Source: an uncultured Bacilli bacterium (GTDB taxonomy: Bacteria > Bacillota_I > Bacilli_A > RF39 > UBA660). From it: DNA of 64,000 bases. Of this stretch, positions 31,661 to 40,759 are shown piece by piece (the stretch's first letter is position 1; each line of letters begins with the position of its first letter). The notes under the pieces were generated by a model. That model saw only the letters and a program-made list of their open reading frames with translations, made no database searches and was not told the DNA's origin. Made by a program: the position numbers and the translations under genes. The stretch covers positions 32,001 to 96,000 of the forward strand of contig CANQQV010000003.1 of NCBI GenBank assembly GCA_947626095.1. Reading direction: 5' to 3'.

Positions 31661-31879
31661 CTATCTATATTTATTCATTTGCTGCATTATTTGTCTTACT
31701 TGCTTTTGACTAGGTTTTCTTCCCATTCCGCTCATCATCGCTTCAATCATCTTTTCATTAATTGGTGGATTTTGCTCAATTTGTTTCTTAAAAACATGAC
31801 GAGCAACAAAAAAGCCAACTACTAATCCAATAACAAGACCAACAACAACTTGTAATATATCTACTAATAGTGGTGCCAT
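31661..31879 (-). CDS. yneF: YneF / UPF0154 family protein
   Basis: [38 protein letters not shown]. Confidence 0.92.
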   Translation of the reverse strand: MAPLLVDILQVVVGLVIGLVVGFFVARHVFKKQIEQNPPINEKMIEAMMSGMGRKPSQKQVRQIMQQMNKYR

Positions 31880-31935
31880 AATCACCCTCCTTGTATGTTT
31901 ATTTTACTAAATAATCCCTCTTTTAACAATACTAA

Positions 31936-32346
31936 TTACATTTCTTCTAACCAAAAATAGTCTTTATTAACAAAATCACAAACAAATAAGTTATCTTTTT
32001 TGGGTAATACTTTTAAAAAAGAAGGCATTTCTTTTGTTGTTCTAATATAGAGATATGATTTATTAATTATTAACTTTGTCTTCTCTTTACTAAAATAATC
32101 ATATATCATATGCGTATAATTTATCTTACTATAATTATCTTTATTTTTATAATACGCATATAAATTATAATCTAGACTATCTTTATTAAAATAATCTCTA
32201 ATCTGTTCAAAAAAATTATAAGCTATTTTCACTTGATCATTATTAAGATAATAAATATTTTCTAAGGCTTTATATAAATTATAAGGATAATTCTTAGTTA
32301 AATCAGAATATGACTGTTTAATTTTAAAAACATAATATGTACGCAT
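31936..32346 (-). CDS. sirA: Sporulation inhibitor of replication SirA
   Basis: MRTYYVFKIK N-terminus, LFVCDF.NKDYFWL C-terminus; tkt-sirA-yneF order as in B. subtilis. Confidence 0.8.
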   Translation of the reverse strand: MRTYYVFKIKQSYSDLTKNYPYNLYKALENIYYLNNDQVKIAYNFFEQIRDYFNKDSLDYNLYAYYKNKDNYSKINYTHMIYDYFSKEKTKLIINKSYLYIRTTKEMPSFLKVLPKKDNLFVCDFVNKDYFWLEEM

Positions 32347-32351
32347 AAATA

Positions 32352-32398
32352 AATCACCAATAAGAATATATCTCTTATTGGTGATTAAATATGTCGAA
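32352..32398 (-). promoter_or_regulatory. tkt terminator / sirA promoter: 14-bp hairpin enclosing the sirA RBS, with Spo0A box TGTCGAA (32392-32398)
   Basis: AATCACCAATAAGA-N7-TCTTATTGGTGATT perfect inverted repeat; exact match to the 0A consensus TGNCGAA. Confidence 0.72.
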
Positions 32399-32399
32399 A

Positions 32400-34385
32400 T
32401 TAATTTTTATGAAGATTTTCAACTATTTTATTCATTATTGAATCGTAATCAAAACCAACCTTCTTTAAAACATCATCTTTACGACCACTATAACCAAATG
32501 TATCTATACCAATTGCACAATCTGGTGAAGCAAAACGATACCATGGTAGCGTTGAACTAGCTTCAACTGTAAAGACCTTCGCTTGACGTGGAATAATTGA
32601 TTCTTGATATTCTTTGCTTTGTTCTAAAAAGACTTCTACTGAAGGCATTGATACTAATCTTGTATCTATACCTTTGGTACGTAATTCTTCACATATTAAA
32701 TAAGTTGTTGTTAAATCAATTCCTGTACTTACCAAAACGGCATCTAATCTTTGTGATTCCCTACGAACAATATAAGCACCTTTTTTAACACTTTCGCCAT
32801 CTGTACCATCTAAGATATGGGCTTCGTCTTTGGCTAAAACTAAAGCCACCGGCTTCTTATTAGCTAAAATATAATCCCAACAACCAATAACTTCATTAAT
32901 ATCCGCTGGACGCAATACCGTCAAATTAGGAGTTGTTCTTAACATTGCTAATTGTTCTACAGGTTCATGAGTCGGTCCATCTTGACCAACGGTTACTGAA
33001 TCATGTGTAAAAATATAAGTAACTGGCAAATTCATTAACGCACTCATTCTAATTGCTGGTTTTAAATAATCCGAAAAGACTAAAAAAGTCGAACCAAATA
33101 CACGAAGTCCAGATAAAGCCATTCCATTTAAAATTGCTCCCATTGCATGTTCACGAACACCAAAATTGATATTACGTCCCATATTATCTTTACGACTAAA
33201 ATCAATTTCTTTAAGTAATCCTGTATGACATGAATTAGCTAAATCGGCACTACCACCCAAAAACAACTTATTACGATCACTTATAATATTCATCATCTTT
33301 GAATTAGATTCACGTAACTCTTCACTATAATTATTTTGAATTTTAAAATTAGCACTACTAAAAGGAATATTTACTTCTCCCGTTTCAATAAAATCTAAAA
33401 GTTTCTTTAAATTTTCACTAGGTTCACTCCTCTTAACACTTTCAAAATAACTTTTCCAACTCTTATAATTATGTTCTGTACGATTCTTAATATTTTCTCT
33501 AACATATTTAACTGCATTTTCCGTAATTTCCATCGTATTAGTTGCAATATTATATTTTTTCCTGATATTAATCATATCATCTTTATTTAAAGGCTTACCA
33601 TGGACTAAATTCTTACCTTCATAATAAGAGCCACGACCAATAACTGTTTTTATCTCTATTAAAGTTGGCTTTTTATTTACTTTGGCTCTTGCTAATGCTT
33701 TATCTATTTCACGAAGATCATTTCCTTCAGGAACATAATCTACTTCCCAACCCATTGTAATAAATTTTTGAATAATATTTTCCGTATTAGCTTTCTTAAG
33801 TTCTCCATCTAATGTAACATCATTTGAATCATACAAAACAATTAAATTATCTAAACCTAAAGTTCCAGCAAGTGAAGCCGCTTCATTAGTAATTCCTTCC
33901 ATCAAGTCCCCATCACCAACTAAAGCATATACATAATAATTAATTAATTTTTGTTTTGGTAATTCTTCTTCTAACAAAGTCGCCAAATACTTTTCCGCAA
34001 TTGCCATTCCAACCGCATTAGCAAATCCTTGACCTAAAGGGCCAGTTGAAGTTTCAACACCAGGTGTAACCCCATACTCTGGATGACCAGGTGCCTTAGA
34101 ATCTATCTTACGGAAATCTACTAAATCATCAATTGATATATCATAACCAGCCATAAAAAGCATGGCATATAATAATGCTGAACCATGTCCAGCACTCATT
34201 ACAAAGCGATCTCTATTTGGCCATTTTGGATCACTAGGATATATATTCATATTATCTACATATGCTGAAAATATAATTGGTGCTGCCCCTAAACAAATTC
34301 CAGGGTGACCACTTTTCGCATACGAAATCATATCTACACTTAAAATTCTCAAGCTATTTAATGAATGAGTTGCATCAGGGTTCAT
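32400..34385 (-). CDS. tkt: Transketolase
   Basis: SGHPG, NRDRFVMSAGHGS, GDGDLMEG, GVREHAM, HDSVTVGQDGPTHEP. Confidence 0.97.
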   Translation of the reverse strand: MNPDATHSLNSLRILSVDMISYAKSGHPGICLGAAPIIFSAYVDNMNIYPSDPKWPNRDRFVMSAGHGSALLYAMLFMAGYDISIDDLVDFRKIDSKAPGHPEYGVTPGVETSTGPLGQGFANAVGMAIAEKYLATLLEEELPKQKLINYYVYALVGDGDLMEGITNEAASLAGTLGLDNLIVLYDSNDVTLDGELKKANTENIIQKFITMGWEVDYVPEGNDLREIDKALARAKVNKKPTLIEIKTVIGRGSYYEGKNLVHGKPLNKDDMINIRKKYNIATNTMEITENAVKYVRENIKNRTEHNYKSWKSYFESVKRSEPSENLKKLLDFIETGEVNIPFSSANFKIQNNYSEELRESNSKMMNIISDRNKLFLGGSADLANSCHTGLLKEIDFSRKDNMGRNINFGVREHAMGAILNGMALSGLRVFGSTFLVFSDYLKPAIRMSALMNLPVTYIFTHDSVTVGQDGPTHEPVEQLAMLRTTPNLTVLRPADINEVIGCWDYILANKKPVALVLAKDEAHILDGTDGESVKKGAYIVRRESQRLDAVLVSTGIDLTTTYLICEELRTKGIDTRLVSMPSVEVFLEQSKEYQESIIPRQAKVFTVEASSTLPWYRFASPDCAIGIDTFGYSGRKDDVLKKVGFDYDSIMNKIVENLHKN

Positions 34386-34452
34386 AACATCACTCTCCTA
34401 TTCTTAATTATACCAATTTTTTACAATTAGTAAACAAAAAAGAAGTAACGAA

Positions 34453-35592
34453 TTACTTCCCTTTTAAACACTTAATTGCTACCTCATAAAGCTTTTCCAT
34501 TGCTTTATCATTAGTATTAGAAGCCATATTCTTTTGCATGTCTAAAACTACATTAGGATTATCAGAAACGCGTTGCATAAACTTATTAAACATAAAAGAC
34601 GTTCTAAATCTTTTACCATAACCATGCTTTTCAAAATATTTAATATTACCAACTTCTTGACCACCACTACAATTTATCATTATAACTGGCTTTTTAAAAT
34701 ATAAACTTTCAGTAGTTTGCGCTCCCCCTGGTTTAGATACCACAAAATCACATATTTGTAATAATTCTGGAACATTATTTACAAATCCCAAAGTCTTCAT
34801 ATTTTTCACATCATATTCTTTTATCCACTTATCAACTTTTTCTTTGGCAGCTTGATTCTTACCAGCGACATATATAAAATCAATATTTAAATTACTTTTA
34901 ATGATTTTACGAATATAAGGAAGAGAATGCGTTCCTCCATTACCTCCACCACCAAAGAACAAACAAATAGGTCTTGTTCCATCAAAGCCATACTTTTCTG
35001 TCGCTTTAATTACATCAAAGTCAACACTTGTTGTTGGATGAATAGGTATACCATATGGTTTAATAATACTTCTTTTAACCCCTTTTTTAACTAAGTAATT
35101 AACTTCATCTTTATCACCAACAAAAATCGCTTGTTCATTTTTATAACCACGAAGCCATAAACTATGTGCTTCATAATCCGTAACAACAGTAATTAACTTC
35201 GAATTAATTACACCCTTACGATTGTAATATTCAATTAAGCTACTACCAAAGAAATGCGTTGATATTGTCATATCTGGATTAAAATCACTTATAATTTTCT
35301 TCATTCTTTTATTCTTAAATAAGCTCATACTCGTATGATTAGCAATAGCTGCACTTAACTTTGTATCAAAAATATCATATATAATCGACCACCCAAAAGG
35401 AAATTTTAATAAGAAAAAATCAGTTACTTTCTGACTTAATCGACCTAATATAGGGGTTGAATACTTTAATATATCTATCGCAAGAATCTCTAACTCAGGA
35501 TCTTGTTTTTTAAAATAACTTTGAATATATTCCGCAATCGCTCTATGACCATTACCATACATTGCATAAGTTAGTAAAATTCTTTTCTTCAT
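34453..35592 (-). CDS. Processive diacylglycerol glycosyltransferase (UgtP/MGDG synthase family, GT28)
   Basis: YGNGH, ISTHF, VVTDY..H..W, GIPI, SKPGG..TE, GQE..N. Confidence 0.85.
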   Translation of the reverse strand: MKKRILLTYAMYGNGHRAIAEYIQSYFKKQDPELEILAIDILKYSTPILGRLSQKVTDFFLLKFPFGWSIIYDIFDTKLSAAIANHTSMSLFKNKRMKKIISDFNPDMTISTHFFGSSLIEYYNRKGVINSKLITVVTDYEAHSLWLRGYKNEQAIFVGDKDEVNYLVKKGVKRSIIKPYGIPIHPTTSVDFDVIKATEKYGFDGTRPICLFFGGGGNGGTHSLPYIRKIIKSNLNIDFIYVAGKNQAAKEKVDKWIKEYDVKNMKTLGFVNNVPELLQICDFVVSKPGGAQTTESLYFKKPVIMINCSGGQEVGNIKYFEKHGYGKRFRTSFMFNKFMQRVSDNPNVVLDMQKNMASNTNDKAMEKLYEVAIKCLKGK

Positions 35593-35643
35593 ATATTTAA
35601 CCTCTTTAATAGATTATACACTAAAACAATTTGTTTTAAAATA

Positions 35644-35668
35644 GAAAAAATATCAGTTGCCTGATATT
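35644..35668 (-). terminator. Terminator of the lexA-divergent small ORF
   Basis: AAUAUCAG-GCAA-CUGAUAUU followed by UUUU. Confidence 0.8.
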
Positions 35669-35804
35669 AATTCCCCAATGAAGCAATGTTTTGATTGTTG
35701 TTAATAACCTCCATTCGAGCATCAATAGCAACAACCCCTAATATTAATATTAGGTAAAAAACGATAATTCCTGCCACATTTCTCATCGTTTCACTGTGTT
35801 TCAT
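35667..35804 (-). CDS. 45-aa single-TM protein divergent from lexA; candidate SOS division inhibitor (YneA/SosA position); missing from ORF track
   Basis: MKHSETMRNVAGIIVFYLILILGVVAIDARMEVINNNQNIASLGN; AAGGGAGTGAGG RBS; own TTGACA-N17-TATGAT promoter and terminator. Confidence 0.75.
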   Translation of the reverse strand: MKHSETMRNVAGIIVFYLILILGVVAIDARMEVINNNQNIASLGN

Positions 35805-35830
35805 TTTTCCTCACTCCCTTTACCATCTCT

Positions 35831-35964
35831 ATCATATTACATACATTTGTTTGTGTCAATATATTTTCAAAACAAATGTTTGTATTTTTACATTTTTATT
35901 TTACAAGCTAAGTTTTTATAACAAAAAACATTTGTTTGACTTCTCTATTTCCATATGATATTAT
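35831..35964. promoter_or_regulatory. Divergent sigma-A promoters with three candidate LexA boxes (35840-35853, 35869-35882, 35925-35938)
   Basis: Minus: TTGACA(35859-54)-N17-TATGAT. Plus: TTGACT(35936-41)-N17-TATTAT with extended TG. Boxes CATAC-ATTT-GTTTG, AAAAC-AAAT-GTTTG, AAAAC-ATTT-GTTTG. Confidence 0.75.
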
Positions 35965-35981
35965 TATATTGGAGGTATAAA

Positions 35982-36602
35982 ATGGAAAAAAATATCACTA
36001 AAAGACAAGAAGATGTTCTTAACTACGTCAAAAAATATGTCGTTGACCATGGTTATCCACCATCAACTAGAGAAATTGGTGCTGCCCTTGGTTTATCATC
36101 TCCTGCTACTGTTCATTCGCATTTAAAAAAACTAGAAGATGCTGGATGCATTCGTAAAACTAGTTCTAAATTCCGTACAATTGAAATTGTCGGTGAAAAT
36201 GAATATGCTAAAAAGAATGAAGAATTAGTTAAAGTTCCATTACTTGGAAAAGTTGCTTGTGGTAATCCTATCGAAGCAATTGAAAACCCTGATGACTGGT
36301 TTACTTTACCAGCTAGTATTATTCCAGCTAAAGAAACAATCTTTACTTTAAAAGCTAGTGGTGAATCAATGATAAACAAAGGTATTTATGATGGAGATAT
36401 TATCATTGTTCAAAAACAAAACGTCGCTCGTAATGGTGAAATAGTCGTTGCTATGACTCCCGATGGTGATGTTACCTTAAAGACATTCTATAAAGAAAAG
36501 GATCACATTAGATTGCAACCCGAAAATGATACAATGAGTCCTATTATTTTAGACAATTGTACTATTCTAGGTAAAGCAGTTGGTTTATATCGTCAAATAT
36601 AA
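35982..36602 (+). CDS. lexA: LexA repressor
   Basis: GYPPSTREIG wHTH, VACGNP cleavage loop, GESM (Ser), TLKTF (Lys), LQPEN; ATG 35982 after GGAGG. Confidence 0.96.
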   Translation: MEKNITKRQEDVLNYVKKYVVDHGYPPSTREIGAALGLSSPATVHSHLKKLEDAGCIRKTSSKFRTIEIVGENEYAKKNEELVKVPLLGKVACGNPIEAIENPDDWFTLPASIIPAKETIFTLKASGESMINKGIYDGDIIIVQKQNVARNGEIVVAMTPDGDVTLKTFYKEKDHIRLQPENDTMSPIILDNCTILGKAVGLYRQI

Positions 36603-36631
36603 AAAGATTCAATCAATCGATTGAATCTTTT
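36601..36631. terminator. Bidirectional terminator between lexA and the rhomboid gene
   Basis: AAAAGATTCAATC-AATC-GATTGAATCTTTT. Confidence 0.85.
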
Positions 36632-37807
36632 CTATTTAAAGAATATTAAATATACTAAGGCTACAACATATATTAACAAACATATTATACCATTTACTTT
36701 TTCAAAATTTTTAGATTTTCCATCTATTCCTAAAGCCATAGTTATTAAGATACCACCAACTAAGCCTCCAACATGACAGAAATTATCTATTCCGCTTATC
36801 ATACAACCAATTAACAAGTTAATAACAATAACAGGTATTATTTGTCTTCTTAAAGCATCACCTAAGTAAGTACGATAATGATAACCAAAATACAATAATG
36901 ATCCAGCTAAACCAAAGATAGCTCCCGAAGCACCAACGGCAATAATATTGCTATCCATTGTTGCAATTGAAAGTAAACTACCACATAAACCACTTACTAA
37001 ATATATAATAATAAACTTTGTTTTACCTAAGAACGTTTCTATTTGACGCCCTAAAATATTTAACGAATACATATTAACTAATAAATGAACAAGTGAAGCA
37101 TGTAAAAACATTGAAGTAAATAAACGCCATATTTCGCCATTCTTAACTAAGTTAACATTATCGCCACCCATTTGGCTTAAAACAGTCGCAATATAATGAT
37201 TATCACTACCAAATAAGAACTCACTGCCACCTTTTAAACAAGTCAAACCAAAAACAATAACGCATAAAGCAATTAATAAATAAGTAACAACTATTTTTTT
37301 TGGTCTAAAAGTTTTTTCATATACTATATTATCTCTTTCCGTTTTTTGATTTATATCTTTAGTTACATTCAATATTAATTCAACTCCATTTGTATCCTTT
37401 AATAACTTTTCATTAATATTTGGAAAAGCCTCTAAAATTCCTTCATTCGTAATATTTAAATCCGTACCATCTAAAGAAACTGGCATAATGTGCTTAGTTC
37501 CCTCTAGTTTTAAATCTTCATTAACATCAAGTAAAATATTTAAGGTATTAACATTAAAAGAAAAAGTTTTCTTTTTTATCTGTCTAACAATACTTTCAAT
37601 TTTATAATTATCATACTCTAATTGTTCTTTATTAAAAATATTGTTTGAATTTATTCTAACGATACGATATGGCCCTTCTGAATTTTCCAACCATATTTCA
37701 TCTTTAACACCGTTAACAACAATAGGATTATAATTTCCTTCAGTTATAAAATAATGAACTAATTTCATGATTATTTCATCTTTTGTGTTCATTACAATAG
37801 TACTCAT
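36632..37807 (-). CDS. Rhomboid intramembrane serine protease (GluP/YqgP-like) with soluble N-domain
   Basis: WRLFTSMFLH, HLLVNM, GASGAIFG, HVGGLVGG. Confidence 0.9.
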   Translation of the reverse strand: MSTIVMNTKDEIIMKLVHYFITEGNYNPIVVNGVKDEIWLENSEGPYRIVRINSNNIFNKEQLEYDNYKIESIVRQIKKKTFSFNVNTLNILLDVNEDLKLEGTKHIMPVSLDGTDLNITNEGILEAFPNINEKLLKDTNGVELILNVTKDINQKTERDNIVYEKTFRPKKIVVTYLLIALCVIVFGLTCLKGGSEFLFGSDNHYIATVLSQMGGDNVNLVKNGEIWRLFTSMFLHASLVHLLVNMYSLNILGRQIETFLGKTKFIIIYLVSGLCGSLLSIATMDSNIIAVGASGAIFGLAGSLLYFGYHYRTYLGDALRRQIIPVIVINLLIGCMISGIDNFCHVGGLVGGILITMALGIDGKSKNFEKVNGIICLLIYVVALVYLIFFK

Positions 37808-37951
37808 AAGATTCCTCCTATCTAATATTTTATTATAATTTTTCTAACTCGTAAAGCTTAATCAATATCATAGCTGTTAAGTAAAATATTTGCAAGTTAT
37901 TTCATTCATAGTTTATCTTTTTTTTAATAAGATTAACTATGAGGTGAAATA

Positions 37952-38287
37952 ATGGTTTATATCTTAGTTATTTTATATGCCGTAGTTTTATTTTTATTAT
38001 CTTTTTTATTCTGTCATATTATATATGAAAAAAAGATGAAAAACGATTTATTCTTTTTCGTTATTTCTAACTTTATCTTATCTTTTTCTTTTCTAGTCTT
38101 CTTCTTTTATTATAAAGACTACTTATTTAGCTTAGTAAATATCTTTATTTTACTTATTAATACTATTTTCTTAAGCTACGAAATCCGTCTAACTTACGAC
38201 AAATATAAATTATTCTCTATGCCTTACTTAATCTATATTGTTTTTATCTTTTATCTTATTTTTGACTTGTTTCTAATGAATCTATAA
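37952..38287 (+). CDS. Small multi-TM protein, loosely TspO/MBR-like
   Basis: Four hydrophobic segments; C-terminal PYLIYIVF..YL resembles TspO PYLxW..F..YL; GAGGTGA RBS. Confidence 0.5.
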   Translation: MVYILVILYAVVLFLLSFLFCHIIYEKKMKNDLFFFVISNFILSFSFLVFFFYYKDYLFSLVNIFILLINTIFLSYEIRLTYDKYKLFSMPYLIYIVFIFYLIFDLFLMNL

Positions 38288-39161
38288 ACTTTTGAAAATA
38301 CTCTGGTAAAGGACATTCAAAATGTAAATGTTCTTTTGTTATTGGATGAATCATATCAATCTTCGCTGAATGCAAAAACTGACCAAATTCTGTTGCCTTC
38401 TTCGTATTATAAACCGGATCATTATATATTGGATAACCAATATAATTCATATGTACTCTTATTTGATGTGTTCTCCCTGTTTTTAATACTAAACTTACCA
38501 AAGTATAACCTTTATACCTTTTTAATACTTTCATATAAGTAATTGCTTCTTTAGCATTTTTATCTGTAACCGTCATCTTCTTACGATCTTTAGAATCTCT
38601 TCCTATCGGTGCATCAATCGTCGCTGAATCATGGGGAAACTCCCCACATATTAAAGCAATATACTCTCTTTTAATATTTTCATGATTTTTAAAATAATCA
38701 GTTAATATCGCATGCGTTTTATTATTCTTTGCTACCACTAATAATCCTGATGTATCTTTATCAATACGATGAACTATTCCTGGTCTTTCTTCACCATTTA
38801 TATCACTTAAAAAATCTGTATAATACATAAGACCATTTACTAAAGTATTATCATGATTGCCACTACCAGGATGAACTACTAAACCACTAGGTTTATTAAT
38901 AACCATTAAATCATCATCTTCATAAACAATATCTAACTTCATTTCCGTCGGCGTAACATCTACTTCTTTTATATAGTTATCTGTAACATCTATTTCATCA
39001 TTTTCTCTTACCTTATAAGAAGCTTTTATTTCTTTTCCATTAACTAAAACATCATTACTATCTAACATTTTAGCAATCACCGAACGTGTATAATCTGTTT
39101 TACTTGCTAGATACTTGTCTAGTCTTTCGTTCTCTTCTTCCTTTAGAACTTTTATCTTCAT
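38256..39161 (-). CDS. rluD: RluA/RluD family pseudouridine synthase
   Basis: S4 domain (RLDKYL), NKPSGLVVHP, HRIDKDTSG, TGRTHQIRVH. Confidence 0.9.
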   Translation of the reverse strand: MKIKVLKEEENERLDKYLASKTDYTRSVIAKMLDSNDVLVNGKEIKASYKVRENDEIDVTDNYIKEVDVTPTEMKLDIVYEDDDLMVINKPSGLVVHPGSGNHDNTLVNGLMYYTDFLSDINGEERPGIVHRIDKDTSGLLVVAKNNKTHAILTDYFKNHENIKREYIALICGEFPHDSATIDAPIGRDSKDRKKMTVTDKNAKEAITYMKVLKRYKGYTLVSLVLKTGRTHQIRVHMNYIGYPIYNDPVYNTKKATEFGQFLHSAKIDMIHPITKEHLHFECPLPEYFQKFIDSLETSQK

Positions 39162-39612
39162 TTACATCTTCCCCTTTAATTGTCGCATAAATCAGTAACA
39201 AAATTCCAACAACTATCGCTACATCAGCAACATTAAAAACTGGATAATCATACTTAAATATATAAAAATCAAAGAAATCTCTTACATATCCATATATTAT
39301 ACGATCTATTAAATTACCAGCTAATCCTCCAATTAATAAACCAAAAGCCATATCATTTCTTTTATTTTTTTTAAAGCAAAAAATAAAATGATAAATTAAA
39401 ACAATTGCTAATAAAGTCCCTATTATTATTAAAATTTTATAATTCTGTAAAATTCCCCATGCTGCTCCATAATTATGACATAAAGTTAAATTAAAAAAAT
39501 TAGGTATAACAACTAAACTCTTATTTAATTTCAAATAAATAGAAGCAAGTATTTTACTTATTTGATCCAGTGCTAAAATGATTGATGCCACAATTAAGAT
39601 TTTCTTATTCAT
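39100..39612 (-). CDS. lspA: Lipoprotein signal peptidase II
   Basis: DQISK, NYGAAWG, GNLIDR, VRDF, PVFNVAD. Confidence 0.95.
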   Translation of the reverse strand: MNKKILIVASIILALDQISKILASIYLKLNKSLVVIPNFFNLTLCHNYGAAWGILQNYKILIIIGTLLAIVLIYHFIFCFKKNKRNDMAFGLLIGGLAGNLIDRIIYGYVRDFFDFYIFKYDYPVFNVADVAIVVGILLLIYATIKGEDVNEDKSSKGRRERKTRQVSSK

Positions 39613-39636
39613 TTTGGCCACCTCACTTAAATTATA

Positions 39637-39861
39637 TCACAAGTTAACTAAAATTACATCTTCTCCTATTTTAGAAATATCATCAAAAGATACTTTAGTA
39701 TCTTCTGTTGATATCATAAATTTACGCCATGTTTTCTTTTCTTCAATAATTAAATATATTATTCTTCCCTGACTATTAATCTCTGCATCCACTATTTTAC
39801 CTATTCTACGTCCATCTTTAACACTTATAATATCTTTACTTTGTAAATCTGATAAAAACAT
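39637..39861 (-). CDS. ylmC: YlmC/YmxH sporulation PRC-barrel protein
   Basis: LSDLQSKDIISVKDGRRIG.I.D and I.KIGEDVILV; follows sigG; CATATAAT element upstream. Confidence 0.88.
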   Translation of the reverse strand: MFLSDLQSKDIISVKDGRRIGKIVDAEINSQGRIIYLIIEEKKTWRKFMISTEDTKVSFDDISKIGEDVILVNL

Positions 39862-39891
39862 ATAACCACCTGCTTAATTATATGTTACTTT

Positions 39892-40665
39892 TTATTTCAC
39901 TAGTCTTTTAATATTATCTAAAGCTGTTTTTTCAATTCTTGATACTTGAGCTTGTGAAATATGTAATTCTTCACTTAATTCAGTTTGCGTCTTACCAATT
40001 ATATAACGACTATAAATTATCTTTCGTTCACGGTTCTTTAACTTACTTAAAGCTTTTCTAAGTAATAGTAAAGTTTCTCGATCATACTCTGGCCCTGGTG
40101 ATGCTATTTGATCTGATAAATATATCGTATCTCCACCATCATTATATATCGGTGTATTAATACTAATTGGTTCTTTTAAAGATGTTAAAGCATAAGAAAT
40201 AAGATATTCTTCAATTCCTAATTCTTTAGCAATCTCCTCATTACTAGGTTCATTACCATAAGTATTATAATATTTCTCTTTATAAGTTAATATCTTATAA
40301 GCTAAATCTTTAGTACTACGACTAACTCTAATTGGTGTCTCATCTCTAAAAGCCCTTAATATTTCTCCTTTAATTAAAAATACCGCATAAGTACTAAAAC
40401 AGACATTTAAATTTAAATCAAAATTATCAATGGCCTTTATTAAACCTATACAACCTATTTGAAACATATCATTAATATTATTAGCATTAGTTTTAAACCT
40501 TTTTAAAATACTTAAAACTAATTTTAAATTACCTTCTACTAACTTATCTTTAGCTTCTTTACTTCCTTTCTTCATCTCTTTAAATAACTCAATCATTTCT
40601 TCATTACTTAATGTTTTTAAAGTACTAGTATTTATTCCTGCTATTTCAACTTTACGATTATACAT
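39892..40665 (-). CDS. sigG: Sporulation sigma factor SigG
   Basis: RKVEIAGINTSTL N-terminus, FQIGCIGLIKAIDNFD, PIRVSRS, PIYNDGGDTIY, ISQAQVSRIEK. Confidence 0.9.
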   Translation of the reverse strand: MYNRKVEIAGINTSTLKTLSNEEMIELFKEMKKGSKEAKDKLVEGNLKLVLSILKRFKTNANNINDMFQIGCIGLIKAIDNFDLNLNVCFSTYAVFLIKGEILRAFRDETPIRVSRSTKDLAYKILTYKEKYYNTYGNEPSNEEIAKELGIEEYLISYALTSLKEPISINTPIYNDGGDTIYLSDQIASPGPEYDRETLLLLRKALSKLKNRERKIIYSRYIIGKTQTELSEELHISQAQVSRIEKTALDNIKRLVK

Positions 40666-40759
40666 AATTAAAACTCCTTTCAACCTTATATAGGTTAGAA
40701 ACAAGTTATTTTATGCAAATTGTTCTTACCATTAAAAAAATTAGAATATTTTCTAATTT

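Noticed and set aside
35623-35637. AAAAC-AATTT-GTTTT upstream of the UgtP-like gene as a further LexA box
   Set aside because: The spacer is 5 nt rather than 4 and the terminal G is missing; plausible by chance in AT-rich DNA.
39100-39161. 62-nt lspA/rluD overlap as a frameshift or fusion
   Set aside because: Both proteins are complete and rluD has its own AAGGGG RBS; this is a simple late stop in lspA.
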